DNA from: Amoebophrya sp. A120
Lineage: Eukaryota > Protista > Dinoflagellata
DNA: 64,000 nt
Direction: 5' to 3'
Assembly (NCBI GenBank): GCA_905178155.1
Contig: CAJINV010000003.1
Span: forward strand, 8,476,799 to 8,540,798
Each line of letters starts with the position of its first letter. The stretch's first letter is position 1. Shown here one piece after another: positions 48,301-62,801 of the stretch. The position numbers and the translations under genes are program-made. The notes beneath the pieces were generated by a model. It was given only the letters and a program-made list of their open reading frames with translations. It was not told where the DNA came from and did not search any database.

Positions 48301-49939
48301 AAAGCACTTTCCGATAAGCGTGGAACACTGAGGCTCGACGAAAAACTCGCAGATGTAGCCGGCTTCGGAGCTTGCGTTCCCGGCTAACGGCTTGGCTGTC
48401 ACAACAGGCATCAGGGGAGCCTTTTCCTCGTGTTCTTGTGCGGTTCGCGCTTTGTCCGTCACATCCTCTTTTTCCTTCCGGTCAGCCAACTGCTGCTTGC
48501 TCGGGTACTTGTTACTCAGCACCACCATCGAGATCCACAAAAACAGGGCCCCCACGACACAATTCACGAAGCCGACAACCAGAAACCCAGGGTCGAAAAT
48601 TGAAAACTTGCAGTGCCTGAGAAGAAGTTCTTCTGTTTGTTTATAATTATTTTCATCATCGCGGCTCATCTAAGCAGCTCCGGCATGCGCAGATTTATAA
48701 CTCGGGGGCTTGGAGAAAAGCAACTTGAATGATAGGGCTGAGTTTGAGTAGAAGAATGATTTCATCACAAGGAAGCCAACGAACTAGGTTGAGTTTCCGG
48801 CAAATTTTCTTTCGGCGTGAATGTTAAGACTACGACTCGATAGAATAAGTGCGTATTTGTAACTGCATATACGAGTTCGCGATGGTATCGGAATCCAGGA
48901 GAATGCCGGTTTCCGGAATGGCTTTTCCTTTGATCTTGTACATCAGTTCGGTGCATTGTTGAATCCGGTCCCGACTTTCATTCAAGTAAGAAAGGACTGT
49001 GAGGTTGGGTGGCGATCCAATCAGGGTGAGTAGGCCGCCCAGTGAGGTTGCGTACGCAAGGGGCAGAAAGAAATTCTTCGGGTCAAACCCCACTTGGTCC
49101 GCAGCCACCACGGCAAGCGGCATCGCCATGCTGCACACCGGTCCGTTGGCGCAGACGCCAGATAGCAGCATCACCGGCACCAACAGCCGCAGGATCATGC
49201 CCCAGTAGGTTTTGGGCGCACCAACAATCGGCGACAGCAGCCTCTCCAGGACACGAGTTTCGTTGAAAGCTGCCGAGATCACGAAGAGCGATCCAAACAG
49301 AATCGGGGCCTGCTTGCCCAGGCCACGGAAGATATCCTCGGACGTGATGATGCCCAGCTCGCGGAACGCCAGTCCCAGAAAAATCAGAAGGGCGTCCGAG
49401 GGTTTGCCCTCTACGGAAAGGACGATCAGAAGCGCAATCATCGCAAACACCCACACAAAATCGTTGTCCTGCGGACCGAAAACGTTTTTCAATTTCTGCT
49501 CGTCCTCCTTCTTCTGTGCGGCTGGTGTGGCCGTACTGCGCACTGCCTGCGCCAACCGATTACATTCCGCCACCAATTCGGTTTTGGACAAGTCAGGCAG
49601 GTCGTTATTTTCGAACTTCTTCAGTCGCGCGTTCACCTTCGCCACATAGTACCCAGCGTCGTCATCCTTCTCAAGTTCGTCGCGACAAATTCGCGTCTCG
49701 TAAGCCGCCACATTAACAAACTTCAGCGATTTCTCGACCACCGGCTGTTCATCGCAGAGGGTAAGTCCCAGGATGAGCCCTACAACGCACGCGAGCCGGC
49801 CCCAGGTGAAAATTTTACGAAACAGCACATCAGTGAAGGTCAAGTGTGGCAACACCGTGGCACCAAGATCGGGCATGGACTCCGAGTCCGAGCCTGTGTC
49901 TTGGTCCGCCACAACTTCCAACCCTTTGCTCGGAGGCAT
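42333..49939 (-). CDS. SLC13/CitMHS-superfamily anion transporter (SLT/SAC1-like with long TrkA-C-type loop), multi-exon
   Basis: LSGVCANGPVCSMAMP, PLAYATSLGGLLTLIGSPPNL, YICEFFVEPQCSTLIGK, LVKPVPGTKPPR, AEALEKSGAVRLI and C-terminal GASACFCTPFGTSCNMYVQVPGGYAFGDYVKNG appear in the expected order. Confidence 0.85.
44133..44456. mobile_element. IR introner copy f (transporter intron)
   Basis: TATACACTGCAAAAT...GGCTCTGGA / TCCAGATC...CATCTGCGATGCATA; flanks CTGCG/CCGCG. Removing 329 nt gives FAFADATAEALEKSG. Confidence 0.85.
44703..45161. mobile_element. IR introner copy g (transporter intron)
   Basis: TATCAAGCTTGGAAATTTGTCTGAGTCT ... AGACCCAGACACGTTTG...TA; flanks ACGGG/CCGGG. Removing 464 nt gives PGTKPPRSVTTMDQSRGYF. 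Confidence 0.85.
47198..48213 (+). mobile_element. GC-rich non-autonomous element, Helitron-like ends, with AGAGGGT/ACCCTCT fold-back array
   Basis: AGAGG(G)T repeats 47224-47475 switch to ACCCTCT repeats 47488-47640. The 3' hairpin CCCCGGCG/CGCCGGGG (48184-48204) is followed by CTGG|T; the 5' end is TTTATATAT rather than canonical TC. Confidence 0.5.
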
Positions 49940-51285
49940 GATTGTGTCTCGGCCTTGGACAATCTTTTGGTCTTAATCTTGTGTGCTTGTTTCTCGTCTG
50001 GCACAATCCTCCAATAAATGAAGGTCGTGGCTTCCTCCTATGTGTTTTATCAGTCTCGTACTAATACTTCTTCTCCTGCTTCCGGCGTCCGGTCCTGTGC
50101 TCTGCTGCAAAAATTACAAACGAATGCAAGAACAGGCGAGGCGAACTACTCACACTAGTCTGTCAGCTCTTTTGCTTGTTCGTGAATAGAAAGACCTGAA
50201 ACGGATCAAGGAGAGTCCCGTGGGGTGGTGGAGGTACAATGTCCGGCACGTGGACTTGCTTTCCGTCTATCTTTATACTTGAGTGAATTACAACGCTACG
50301 CACTACACCACGCAGATCGGCAGAAAACTGTGAGTGCCTCGCCTACGGCTGCAGAATCCCACTCACCCGTAGCTGTGGCAAAAAAAAGAAACTGGAACAT
50401 CACCCAATATTTTACTAAATCAATAAAAGGAAAAAAAGAAGAGTTATAGCTTCAGGCATAAAACGAGCATGGTGGGCGCGCGACAAAGAACACCCACACA
50501 AAGCGGGCAAGCGCTGCAGCTGCTGCCGGCGCTTCACTACATCTACGCCGCTCGTTGTCGTCTCGGTCCAGGGTTTCGTTCAAACAATGAATTCGGATAA
50601 TATCCACCACAGTGAATGCAAAAGAAACAAGATCAACGCAGGTCGACTCCTAAACTCCTACGTCGGTCGGAAAATATACGCGTGAACTATTGGCGATTTA
50701 CCGCCCTGGACAGATCTTATCTTGATCTTGGTTATTTTCAGTTGTAGTTGTTATTTTTACAAAATTTTGTCGTTGTTCTTGAAAAACCGCAAGAGAAATG
50801 ATCACACACACACAGAGGATTCTCCGCTTCTAAAAAAAAAAAACTCATGGAACAACCCAAAAAGAGACAAGCCAATGTAGTTAGACGAATCATCAGCACC
50901 ATAAAAAGACTGAACCTGCAGAGGGTCTTTCACATCAGTTCAGTGTTCATCGAGAAGCTCATTCGAGGTACTATGTCGAACAACACTTCCAGCCTTGATG
51001 AATATGAGAACGGAGGCGGTCACGGATCCCTTGCAATAAGACATGATTTTGTTCTATATGCTAAGTGGTGATCGTGATTTTCGCCGATGACATTGACAAT
51101 GAAAGCCACGGCAGGAATACTCATGGGATGTTGTCTTGCTTCCACCAGTGCTGTCAAGGTTGGCTATGCACTCGCGAATCATCCTATTCCTACCCTAGAT
51201 ACCAACGTAGAGGGCGGAGCTACAAAGACAATGCTTATCTTATTTCGTGTGAACCGAAAATTAATGGCGCCTGCTTAAGCTTAGT

Positions 51286-53381
51286 TCAGGAGGTGCGAAA
51301 CGAGTCTGCCTCCTTCTGCGTCCAGTTTCCGGAAGTGGCTGCGTCAACCCGTCGCACGTACAGCTCGGCACCGAGGGGTAGGAGCCAAGGTGCCTTTTCA
51401 TTTCTATGAAGATCAATCAAATCACAAACCGGCCCGCCGTTGTAAAAGTAGTGCTTGCGAATGCGAGCGTCCCGCCGGGGAGCATCTTGGCGGAGAGTAA
51501 TCACCATTATCTCCAAGCGACAGCGTATGTTGTTTTTCACACCGCTGGACGGCGAGTATCACGCTGTTGATGCCGCTCCTTGCCCACAAGTTCCTGCCTG
51601 CAGAGCATCTACGTTTTGTGGTGCACAGGCACAATGAAGCTGGAGGTGCGGTGACCGGGTCCAAGTTTGGTCAGGAAAGCAGGCGTGGGTCCGTGTCTTC
51701 GAGAAAATAGAGTCCGAGCTGCGGATCGCTCGCAACGGGCTCGCCGTGTGATAAAGCCTCTGCGAGCTCATGGTTGCGCTGGAAGAACTGTAGCGGAAAG
51801 ATGTGCTGCGCCCGCCGTGCCATCCGCAGGGCGGCACCCAAAGCAGCACGGGCCAGCTCCAGTTCATTGAGGTACAAGGCAGCCACACCAAGATTACTCC
51901 AGGGATAAGGGTTCAGTTCCTGACAACGAACGGCCTGCAGAAAGCTTCGCACAGCGCCGCGCGGATCGCTGTCCACTAGAAAACGAAGATAACCCTCCGT
52001 ATTATGCGCAACCCCACACAAAGACAGCACCGCAGTCGAGGACCCCCCGTGATGCGGCTCGGCATATAAAGAGGAAGCGTGTGACCACCTTCAGCACTGC
52101 TGCGGGCTCCAAGAAATGAAGCCCCACACTTCCGCTTTGATACATTCCTCTCTGATTTTCCTCGTCAAGCAAATAGAAATAAACGCACACCAACATCAAG
52201 AGCACGCCGAATAAATAAAGCGCGCAATTTCTCCATCAGCATGCAATCTGGAGTGCTTTTGGTTTGTAGTTGCACCACGAAAATAGAAGGCATAAAAAGT
52301 TGAGTTTCATTTTCTTTCGGACTATCCAGCAGCAGCCTGGCACTGGCAGATCACATGTTTCATCCCATACGGCAGCAGCTACGAGGGTAGCGATTTCCTT
52401 TCGCGCGTCTGTTAGCCGTAGTCCCTGACTAATGGATGCGAACGCGCGAGCGAGCTGGGCTTTTCGCGAGGCCTCTGATTTTCCATGACTCAACGGAAGC
52501 AGCGCGCCTTCTGCAGCGGAAAAGTCGTTCTTCTCCAACAGCTTCACGGCTTTGGCCCATGCGTCTGCGCTTTTTGCGTCTGCCCAGGGAAAGGATGGAG
52601 TTGAAAACGTTTTTCAGTGCCCTCGATCATTCCTCCTGATTCCGGGTTTCAAATTCAATTCATATTTGAAGCCCTGCTCCTCGTAGCTATTCACTTGGCC
52701 AGAAAAGCATTCATACTTCGGCTCTGCCAATTCGCATTCTAAGCCCAAATTATGGTGTGTCTCATTTGCAAAAGGGCCACAGAAGCAGCAGAACGTGATT
52801 AGCATGATGATGATTTTGCGTTTCATCTGGGGTAACCTGTCAACATGCAAAAAGAAAGCTCAGGCCGCTGCTTGATGTTGAACTGATGGCAATACTCGCC
52901 CTTCCCAGTCTCAGCGGTCTTCGTTAATCACTAAAGTTGTACTGGAAGCGGAATCTTGACGCTAAATTTGATGATGTACGTCAGGAGCAGCACTACACTG
53001 AGAAACGTACTAAGACAAAGTGGCTTGTCTTTTCCATAAGGTGGGTGAAGAAACTGGAACATGGGGGGTTGCCACTGCTTGCCGTCGCGCTGTAGCTGTG
53101 CTAGCAGTGTCAGTAGCTGTGGAAGGCCCAGGACTTCTCCTCCGGGTTGCCTGAGCCGCGAGCTCCGCAGAACGAGGGCGCACCATTGCCACAATGTCCC
53201 GCTGTCGGGCGGCAATTTCGTGCATGCTGGGCAGTGCAACTGCTGCAAAGCCGGAGAGGAAAGCAATCACGAACAAGGCAAGCAGCGAGGCTCGATCAGT
53301 TTCGCTCACTTGTGCTTTCTCGCGTCCGGCTAGCATCGTTTCTGTTGCGTCCTCTGTGCTTGCAGACGAGTCATGGATCAT
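51286..53381 (-). CDS. TPR-repeat protein, multi-exon (span approximate)
   Basis: GAVRSFLQAVRCQELNPYPWSNLGVAALYLNELELARAALGAAL is TPR-like; hydrophobic segment LLALFVIAFLSGFAAVAL near the N-terminus. Confidence 0.65.
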
Positions 53382-53758
53382 CGGCCCGTGTGTTCCTGCG
53401 GAAAAATGCTTCTTCTCTTCATAAACAGAGATCCTACTGCTACTTTCTTTTGCAGCGCAATGTATACAAACAGATCAAGCTGTTGCCTCGCAAGAACAAG
53501 ACAGTTCCTTATGGGAGGGCATGGATGCGGCTAATTTGCTAACAATTTCCGGTCATGCTGGACGTCTTTCGCCGGGGCAGCGCAGCGGCAACGTTTGTCC
53601 CTGCCTCCTGTCATGCTGGATAAGCATAGCGTTTCCACACAGCTGCCCTTTCCACTACACCTTCTTTGTGTGTCCACAAAAAACAAGAATTAGCAGTCAG
53701 AATCACTAATGAGCACGCGTTGACACAAACTCGTTTTCTTCATTTTCATTTTCTCTGT

Positions 53759-56700
53759 TTAGTAGGGGATAAGAGGCTCTTCGCATTTTCCTACGTGTCG
53801 CTCTCGCTGTGAGGACGACGACGAAAGAGTGGAAATGGTCGTGTTGGGAACCACACGTGGGGGCCGAGAAGTCGTTGCGGTCCCCGACGACGACGCGGGA
53901 CTGACGCGCTTCTTCTTGTTCTTCTCCTCTTCATCACCCTCCTGCCGCTGCGGGGCAGCGTTGGCCTGCTCCGTCCTATCTGCGGTTTCGCCGCGAGTCA
54001 TCATCATGCCCTGGCTAAGGCCTGGCACAGCCTGCTTAGTGTCGATGATGCCTGACCCTGATGTGGTCTGGTCATCATAGCTCTGGGGATAGTCTATTAT
54101 TTCGCGAAGTTTCACGTTGCGGCCCTGCTTCCCGTCATCCCTTATTTTGCCGCTTCCAACCGAGAGCGGAGCACCGGACGTCTCGGGTACTGCTCTCGCT
54201 GTTGCGCTATAACTAGAATCACGACCACCACGACCACTACCCTCCTGCGGAGAAAGTGCAGGGGCCTCGTCTTTATGCGCGCGCGGCCTGCTGCTCGTTA
54301 TTACCGCCTGGTCCACCTGCTCGGTCTGTGTGAGCGCACGGGCCTGCGAAGGTGATGAGGGCTGTACCTCTTGTTCGGCTTCTCGAGGCGAACTGTCATT
54401 TTGCGTACCGAAACTACGCACCAAAGCCGTGGCGGACTCCTCGACCTCGTCCGCAGTGGCCGTGGCACTGGCAGAATATGACTGCTGGCCAGAGCTACGG
54501 CCGGTCATTTCCTCCCCGTTCTCATCAAAATAAGTGGCGTCCCCCTCTTCTAGGAGGAAGCGATCACGTCGAAATCCAAACCCCGCTGGGGCCGTTTTGT
54601 TGAAGGGCAGCTCATTTTCCTCACTGTCGGTAGCCCCTTGGTGCGGCTGTGTATCTCACCTTGAAAACGGTCCCGGTTCCCCGCCCCCCCCCGTGAAGAC
54701 TAAAACATTGGCAGTCGTACAATTTATTTCAACAAATTGGTGCTGCAGGAGGGAAGAGCGGTCTGCTCGCACCCTGGTCATACATGCAGGCATACGAAAC
54801 CTGACGAGTACAGCGTATTTTTTTCAACCGCCGACGCAAAGAAGTCTGCGCGTCCTGATAAACAGAAACACAAGCTCAACTGCTTCGGCTATAAACTGGA
54901 GAACGCAACACCGTTGCAAATTTTTCGAAATTCTGTTCATATATTAATTTGTAGTTGCGACGCAGTTAATAAAATCATGCGAATATTAGTATTACGTGAG
55001 CGGGGGCGGGCTTGCTGGGTGCTATGCATGCCCAGTGTTACCGCCCACGCACGAACATGCTATGCCTACTGCCTAGCGGAAGCCTTTTAAACACGGACAT
55101 CGCGCAGGAACCGATTTCAACAATTTGATAGCGATTCGGTTAGGTTTACCGTGTCTGAATTCGGTGTGTCGCGGTCCTCCAGAAAGTCCTCTTTCCTCGG
55201 CAGATTTGGAGCGTTTTTCGCGATCATCTTGGTGCTACCACGCCGCGATCGTCGGCGTTGTAAATACGTGCCCAGCTGCTGCTGCGACGTACCGCTCGAC
55301 AGATCGCGTGGCGTTTCATCCAATTCGGGGTGAGGCTGGGTCTCGGACCGCTGACCTCCACTCCGTGGTAGGGGATCGGGAACAGGCAGCTGATGCTGCT
55401 GCGCCGCTGTCGAAGCGCCTGCCGTTGAAGTAGATGTGCCGGCGCCGGCCCCGAGGACCACCTCTTCGCCTGCTAGTTGTGTCGGAAGAACCTGATGAAG
55501 AAGCGGCACTGCATGGTCGGATAATGTAAATTTCGAAGATGTAGTGACGGTGGCGCTGGAAGCTTCGGTAGCAGGGGCTGTTATGGCCACCACGGCTGCT
55601 GCGCTGCCGCCCACCCAAGTGCTGGAGGTGGTGGTGCCCGGTGCTAGTAGATTCGAACTGGAAGTTACTTCTTGAGAACAGGTATAATGCACATCATGCT
55701 GCGGAGGTGGAGGTGCAGAAGGATTCCTGTAGCCAGGCAGCGCACTCCCACTGGCCGGCCCTGTGCTGCTCGAGCTCACCGCGCGCCAGTTCATATCTGT
55801 TTCGCTGGTCTGCTGGGCAAATGGCCGCGTGAGCTGGTGATTGGATGCGTTCAGCCCGGCGGCCCCCGGTTGCGCGCTGCCGAGGGCAGTCGCAGGCGCG
55901 CCACCGGTGGCAGAAACGCCCCAAGAATTCAACTGAGCAGGCCACGGATCGTATGCTTCCTGTTTGTCCATGCTAGAGGTTGTGCCCTCAACATACCAGG
56001 GCACCATCGTCGCACTGTTCGGGTACGCGGAATGAAGACTCTGCGAGTTGTTGGAGGAGCCCTGCTGGCTCGTTTGTGTCGCCGGATCGAATACTGCCGT
56101 GTAGGGCGGCCCCTGAAGCGCGTGCTATGGTCCGTTCAGGTTGTGCCACAATCTCAGGCGTCGCTACTGTGACTAGTATGTGAAACGTATATACTACGTA
56201 CATACTTATGTCAATCATTCCAAGTGAAAACTGAGGCCGGCAGTGATGGTTTGGTCTGTCCCTGTCGTGTTGTCTAAACACCGTTAGCTACCAAGATCGA
56301 TCTAGCACACTGCCCTGTTTACAACTACATAGATTACCGTCGTGCACTTTTCCTATGAAAGAGAAGCCCACGTCCGCGAATGATCGGAAGAACAGTTGAG
56401 ATTGTATGGGCACCTGAGCGAGCCATACGCGGGTCATGTGCTGCTCATGCTGAGAACGCTCCGCACCGCCTGGGCGCGGGACGGATGATAGACCGGAAGC
56501 AGGAGGAGCTGCCCCTGCAGCTAGAGCTGCGCCACTGGGAGGCGCATTCCCGGTTGCGGCAAATCCGGGCGCTGTGCCCATAACGAGAGTGCTGTATTTG
56601 TGTCCTCCTGCGTAAGTAGAGGAACCTCCGTCTAAGTGGGAGTGAGAAGATACGGCTGCTCCGTATGGCCAACTTGCCAAGTTGCTGCCGTCGTCCTGAT

Positions 56701-58635
56701 CTGGTACCTCATACTGAGCCGTCAGTTTCGGCCCCACCTCCCGGTACTGCGACGACGTGGGTGTCGGTGTCATCCCTCCTTTACTAGGGACACCATCGCG
56801 CAGTTGGTGCTGGTGCCAGCGCCCCTCACTTGTGGGCGCCTGGGCTGCAAATAAACCGGGGTGCTGGTGTGCCTGCGGGTAAGCCGAGGGCGGGGCACCA
56901 AACTGCGTGAGAGGTGGTTGCTCACTGCCTCCATCAACGCCATCAGGTCGTGGGCCACGAGCTGAAGTAGACGGGGCTCCCGCGGTGCCAGCCGTCGGCG
57001 CCAGTTGAACTCCTGTAGTTCCTACCGCTGTGCTTTCTTGAGTAGCTGCAGCCACGTCGTAGCCGACTGGCGCGGCGGATGCAGCGGCGGATGCATTAAC
57101 GTTTTTAGCTGGAGCCAGCGGTCCTGCTGTTCCTCCTCCGTTATTCTTGTGTGTTCCTCCTGCGTTATTCTTGTGTAGTTGCTGCTGCGTTTTGCTTTTG
57201 CTTGTGCTGGTCGTCGCCTGCGCACCCTTGGAGCTGCCCGTCGTGGCCCAGCTGGTCCCACCTGTGCGTTTCATGGAAGACCCTTTGGCCAACATATCCG
57301 CTGTACCCGCGGAGGCCGGAGTAGAGTAGCCGCTCGCCCCTCCGCCGCGCTGGTGCGGAGGCTGATAGGTAGCAGCTGATGCCGAGCCACCAGCTCGCGG
57401 ATCATGTGCATGATAGGGCTGTTGCGGGGGGTAATTGTACGCGTTCCAGTGCTGGTGTTGATCGTAGTCGTACTGGCCGCCCGCTGCGCCAGGACCGACT
57501 AGGCCGCCGGAGCGTGCAGACGGACCACCAACTACTGCGCGGGAGCTACTGCTGCTTGTCGAAGTTTTGGAGTTGGTGTTTTGGGGAAGGTATTGATGGT
57601 AAGGTACCTGCGCTGCACCGGCAGCTGCACCGGAATAAACGTGGGCAGCTGACTGGTCATGATTTCCGGAGTTGTCTTCAGTCATGTTCGACGACGACAT
57701 CGGCTGACCTGACACTCGCTGACCGCCGAACTCTTTTCTCGCGCTAGACTCGGCGGGGCCCGGCGGCGGCCTAGTCACCCCGGGGTGAAAGTGATTTATC
57801 TTCTCGCGCTGGTCCCCCGTCGCGTGCGGACCTCCTGGAGGTGCGGCACGTCCGGCGCCAATGTGGTCAACGTTGTGCTGCTGGGATGAAGCTGTATCAT
57901 GTGGCGCAGGTCTACTGTTCGACAACCTTGCTTTGCGCTCTTTCAAATTCAATTTTTACAACTTTATCTTCACTTAAAATATAAAGACGTAGATGCTGAT
58001 GGGAATCCGACCACGATGAAGATGATTAATATCACACGTTTGTTTACTCTTCATCGCAAAGCTGCAATAATTCAATTCACTGCGTCGATAATGCTTTCGA
58101 CGTAACACCGTGAAACAAAAAGAAACAGAATCCTGAGGCTCCTCACAGAACGGCACCAAGGCACGACCCCGGGCTCGCTTTGCGGCGCATTCTTAGCTGC
58201 CATTTTGTCGGGTAACTCTAGTACGAAATAAAAAAAGTGGAGTTCTTAGTTGTTGGAGAAGATCCTTCAGTTCCACATATGATACGCTGTGCTTCCCTTT
58301 GCAGCGGAGCCGCCAGACGAGGACGTGGTGGAAGTGAACGTTGCAGTTCCTGTGGGTGCGATCGAGTGGAATCGAGGCTGTATTCTCTCCGGTTGGTGTC
58401 CCCAGCCTCCCAGGTGCATACTGATTGCGGCGCCAGAGGAAAGCCCAGGGGTGCCACTCGACGTCTGGGAGGAGTACGCACCGGCAGCGCTGCCGACTCC
58501 CTTGGTGCCTTGATGGTGCAAGCCCAGCCCAGAGGACTTGGTTTTTCCACTGCCTGTGCCGAGGTAATCGAGCTCCTTCGGTGGAGGCGGCGACTCCGAT
58601 AGCGCCGAGGAGTCAAAATCGTTGTCATTCCGCAT
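53759..58635 (-). CDS. Low-complexity S/T/G/A/Q/P-rich protein(s), multi-exon
   Basis: Co-oriented long ORFs 58267-58635, 56288-57952, 55117-56007 and 53759-54508 separated by intron-sized gaps; no recognisable domain. Confidence 0.6.
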
Positions 58636-61600
58636 CTATGCTGCGCAAAACTAGTACAGCACACATATTAATACTCACACAAGATTTAGTTTTAGACTTT
58701 TGCTTTTCACCTACGGATCTATATATAGAATATCCACATAGTCATAGAGAAGATAGAAATATTTGAACATGATATAGATATTGTAGCATCCGATACAATG
58801 CTAAAAATGCATATTTCCCAGAAAGTGAGTCAAACATCTGTACGCCTTTGTACGTGTTCAGACAACCGTTTTCGCGCTGCATAATGCGAAAAAGTATTGG
58901 TATGACCAGCTCTGATCGCTGTCGGAGTCGGAGGCGGGAGCACCACTGCCACATATGAGAGCGCGCGGTGAAACTCGTCAAAAACTATCACGAAAGATGA
59001 CACGTCACGCAGAAAAGCGACAGTGCGCTTGCGTTCAACAATTCTAGGCATCAGACGCCTACTTTATACCCCGCCCAACGCGTCGACGAGGAGAGAGCCT
59101 GTACGTGCACTTTCCTAAGAGCGAAGCGGAAACAAGTATTAGCGCCATTGAAATTGCGATACATAGCGGAGCCTCTCGCTATGTGCCTAAACGGCGCGAC
59201 CTGTAGCCCCAGCCTTTCTCAGGCGGAGCCTGGTGGTGAGCCCAAGTGAGTTTCACCTTACCTTTGCGTGCAAGACAGGACTTTTATACATCTTGATTTG
59301 TTCTTTTTCTTAAAGTTAAATGCAAGAAATCTTTTATCATTTCCACTTTAGACTTATTTGACGACTTCTCACATCGCGCATGATCCATACCATGATGTCG
59401 GGACATGTTCGACCTGTTGTGGTTGTGACACTTCCTTTCCAAATTTCACGAAGCAGATGCAGATCGGGAATACAAGATTCATAGGCGTGCGTTGCTTTTC
59501 AAGACGAATGAATCTGCCCGCCACGGTCTCGTTTCTTTATTGTGCGTCATCAGCCCAAAAAGCTAGCCATGTTCATGCAGCAAGAATCCAGGCTAAAAGT
59601 AAGATCTATCATTGCTTTATACAGAAGCAAGTAAAACTTTCTAGCTTTTTGTAAAAACCAGGTACACAATCACACGACATGTGGTTGATGTTCAAGTACA
59701 TTATACCTATGACTCAGCCTGTTCAGGTTGCCGCCTGCATCCACGAGGTGTGCTATCCCTTGAAAAAAGTGCATCACGAAATGTACTACATGTAGACAAA
59801 GCGAGTTACTGATATTTTCATGAAAAAAGGGACGGTAAAGCAGCAAAAGATCAGGCAAAGACAGCAAAAATCGTGTGTCAGCTACTGGTGTCAACGCCTT
59901 GAGCACGATCATTACTAGCGAGCAAGTGCCAGGCCCTACTCCTGCAGAATTGGCGTGCTCACAAATGTTGACCCTCAACAGCGCGTGCGCGGCACGATGA
60001 TCATGTTCATGACCAATGACGCAGGTTACTTCTTGTTTCTTTCTTTGACGAGGTCGTGGTCGTCAGCGTCACGTGCCTCTCCGTGTTTAAATATCCGCCA
60101 AGTTGTACCACTGGAAACAAGTCTAGATGAAAGTCCGACGCAATGCAATGTTTTCGCAGGATACGCCCACCAGAGGATTTGTTGTGCATACCTTATCACT
60201 TCCTCAAACGCGACGACCTCGACTGTGACACTGTACAGCCTGATTTTATCTTCTTGCAGAATGTGCGATAGCGATAGGGAAGGCAAGGGCAGCAAACTAA
60301 ATAGTCTATAGCACTACTCGCGGTCCACCACGATCGAACTCATCATCCAAGTGCGCCTGCGCCTTTTATTATAAATTTTCATTTTGCAAGGGCAGTTGCA
60401 GTTGCATTTCGCCGCAGTTCGGAAGTTCGTCATAACAAGCACCACCAAGATGACTAGAGCTATTAGCCCTGCTGTTCTCCTTCTGCCTTAGAAATTATCA
60501 CGGTTGAGATCGTTGCAGCTGAGCCCGTTTTCATATGCTCGAAGAGGAGGAGGCAAGATCCACATCGGAGCCCGTGGGTGTGCCACTGCTTGTATATTTT
60601 TTGTAAATTTTGCGCACCATTCGATCCTCCTTGCGCTTGTTGCCCTTTATCAAGCAGAAAACTACACCCGTATAACCAGAGTTCAGTGCAAAATACCTGC
60701 GCTACAGGTGTCTAAGTACAAAAATGGAATAAATGCAAAGGTGCAATTCTTTTTGGTGCCTTATTTATCGTCATTCCTATTACGCACTCTGCATTAATAC
60801 GGTCACGCAGTGGTCACTCAAAATCAACAAACTGTACCTGCGTGACATCGTTATACCTATGCATAGTAAGCTTTCTTTTTCTACTTCTTTACTTTTTCTG
60901 GATAGTTTGTTACTTTTTCTGGCAAGGGTGTGCGTCTGCTTTCCTCTAGAATAGTCTTTCCAGCGGGCGAAAGTAGTTCTTCGGAATCACTTGAGTCGTG
61001 AGGCATATCGCCCCATGAAGTGGAGGTGGGAGGCAGCGTTGGCAATGTTCGTATCCCGATGAAAAAAAATCCCCCGTGGAAAGTGAATTCTAATCCCAAA
61101 GAACGGAATAAAATCAATAAAATGCAAATGCGTGTTCTTTCAGATTGTGGCTTTACGACGCTAGATCATGAAGACAGGACTGCACTTGGCCCGTTTATTT
61201 TTGGCTAAGTACTGGCACTTCATGATGTAGTTCGTCTTCGTACGTTCTCGCATGGAGACTACAGCTGGAAGCTTCATCACAGGAGCGTTGCGCTAGTAGG
61301 AATGCTGCTCACAACATACCAGAATTCTTGTGCTGAGCATCAGAGCAGGACTGTGGCTGCCAGGAAAGTGTAACTTAATCACTTCTAATACTAGTTTTGA
61401 TGGCATGGGCATGCAACTCCAAGATACGATCCTCCTGTTGCGATCAGAAAGGGATTTTGATTTCGCTTTGATAGTATGCGTGCCGCCCTCATGCTCGAAA
61501 GGCGGCGGCGACGGAGAGGGAACCACAGCGGACATAATTATAATTTCAATTTTGCGGGAGGAAAAATAAGCGACGGCTTTTCCACCACGAACGGTGATCG

Positions 61601-62801
61601 ACGAAAACAAAAAGGTAGAATAAAAATCCGGACGATAAATCAAATATTATAACTCCGAGCCTGACTTTCGCCGCGACACATTCTTGTGAATAAAACCAAC
61701 ACCGATTGTTCTGCATCCGAATCACATGAAACAGATAACAACTGCACGATGCGCGAGCTGCACTGCCGACGCGAATTACAACAATTAAGAAATACCATAA
61801 CTTAAACTTCTACATGAAAATTCAGCATGCAGGAGTCGCATGGCCTTTGCAATTACGACCATAATTACAACTCTAGTGGAAAAAGCATCTTTTGGGTATA
61901 GTAACTAAGTGACTTTTGCGGTAATATAAAGACTGCTTCTTCAATAAACTGGGAATTTTTAGATGCAATATTCCAAGGAGGACCTGTGTGAGAATTGAAC
62001 TGTGCGGGAGAGCGAGATCATGATCAAGCTCATTCTTTCTGTGATGCAGCTGAAGAAAACTCAAGGTCAAGTAGTATAGATAAAGTGCAAGTGGAACAGC
62101 GATAAATGCAAGCAAGTCATCTGATCGGGGGCGAGATCTTCGGTAGCCATCAAAGGAAACTTCTTACTTTTGCCTCTCAGCGCCGGTCTGTTCGAGTTAC
62201 ACTACACAACTACAACGACTCGTCCCACCGAAGCTGCGCTTCTAAAGAAGTAAAAACGCACATACCATAGCGCAGACTGGCGGAGGAAGAGCTGCTGAAG
62301 TATTGAAAAAAATATTTGCGGCCACGAGTGCATTTTCAAAGTTTTTGCGAGACGTAATTGCTTCCGCGGAGAGGACATGCGCTTTTTCTTTTTGTTTTTC
62401 TTTTTGCATCGCGCTTCCGAAAAATAAAAAACTATTTGTGAACACGGACGGACAAGTAGTCACTCGATGAGACTGCGGCAAAGATCTGCTCCTTTGCTAT
62501 CCGAGATCTGAAGGCTCTTCAAGCTGCCGTTTATTGTCAATGCGCACGTCGATAATGGATAGTACTTGACTTGATCATAATGTCGTCTTCAACGCTCAAG
62601 AATAATACCAACAGGACGACCAACGCACTGACACAGGGTGTCTGACGTGTGCCGCGCTTTTCTGTTCCTCATATTTTCGATGTGGACGCCGCACTATCTA
62701 CATATAATTTGAAAAACTCCTTTACTTGACAAACGTCGCGAATTCAAATAATGCCCGCTGAGTCACTGCCTCGCCACTTGTCAACGCTCCAGCGCCAGCC
62801 T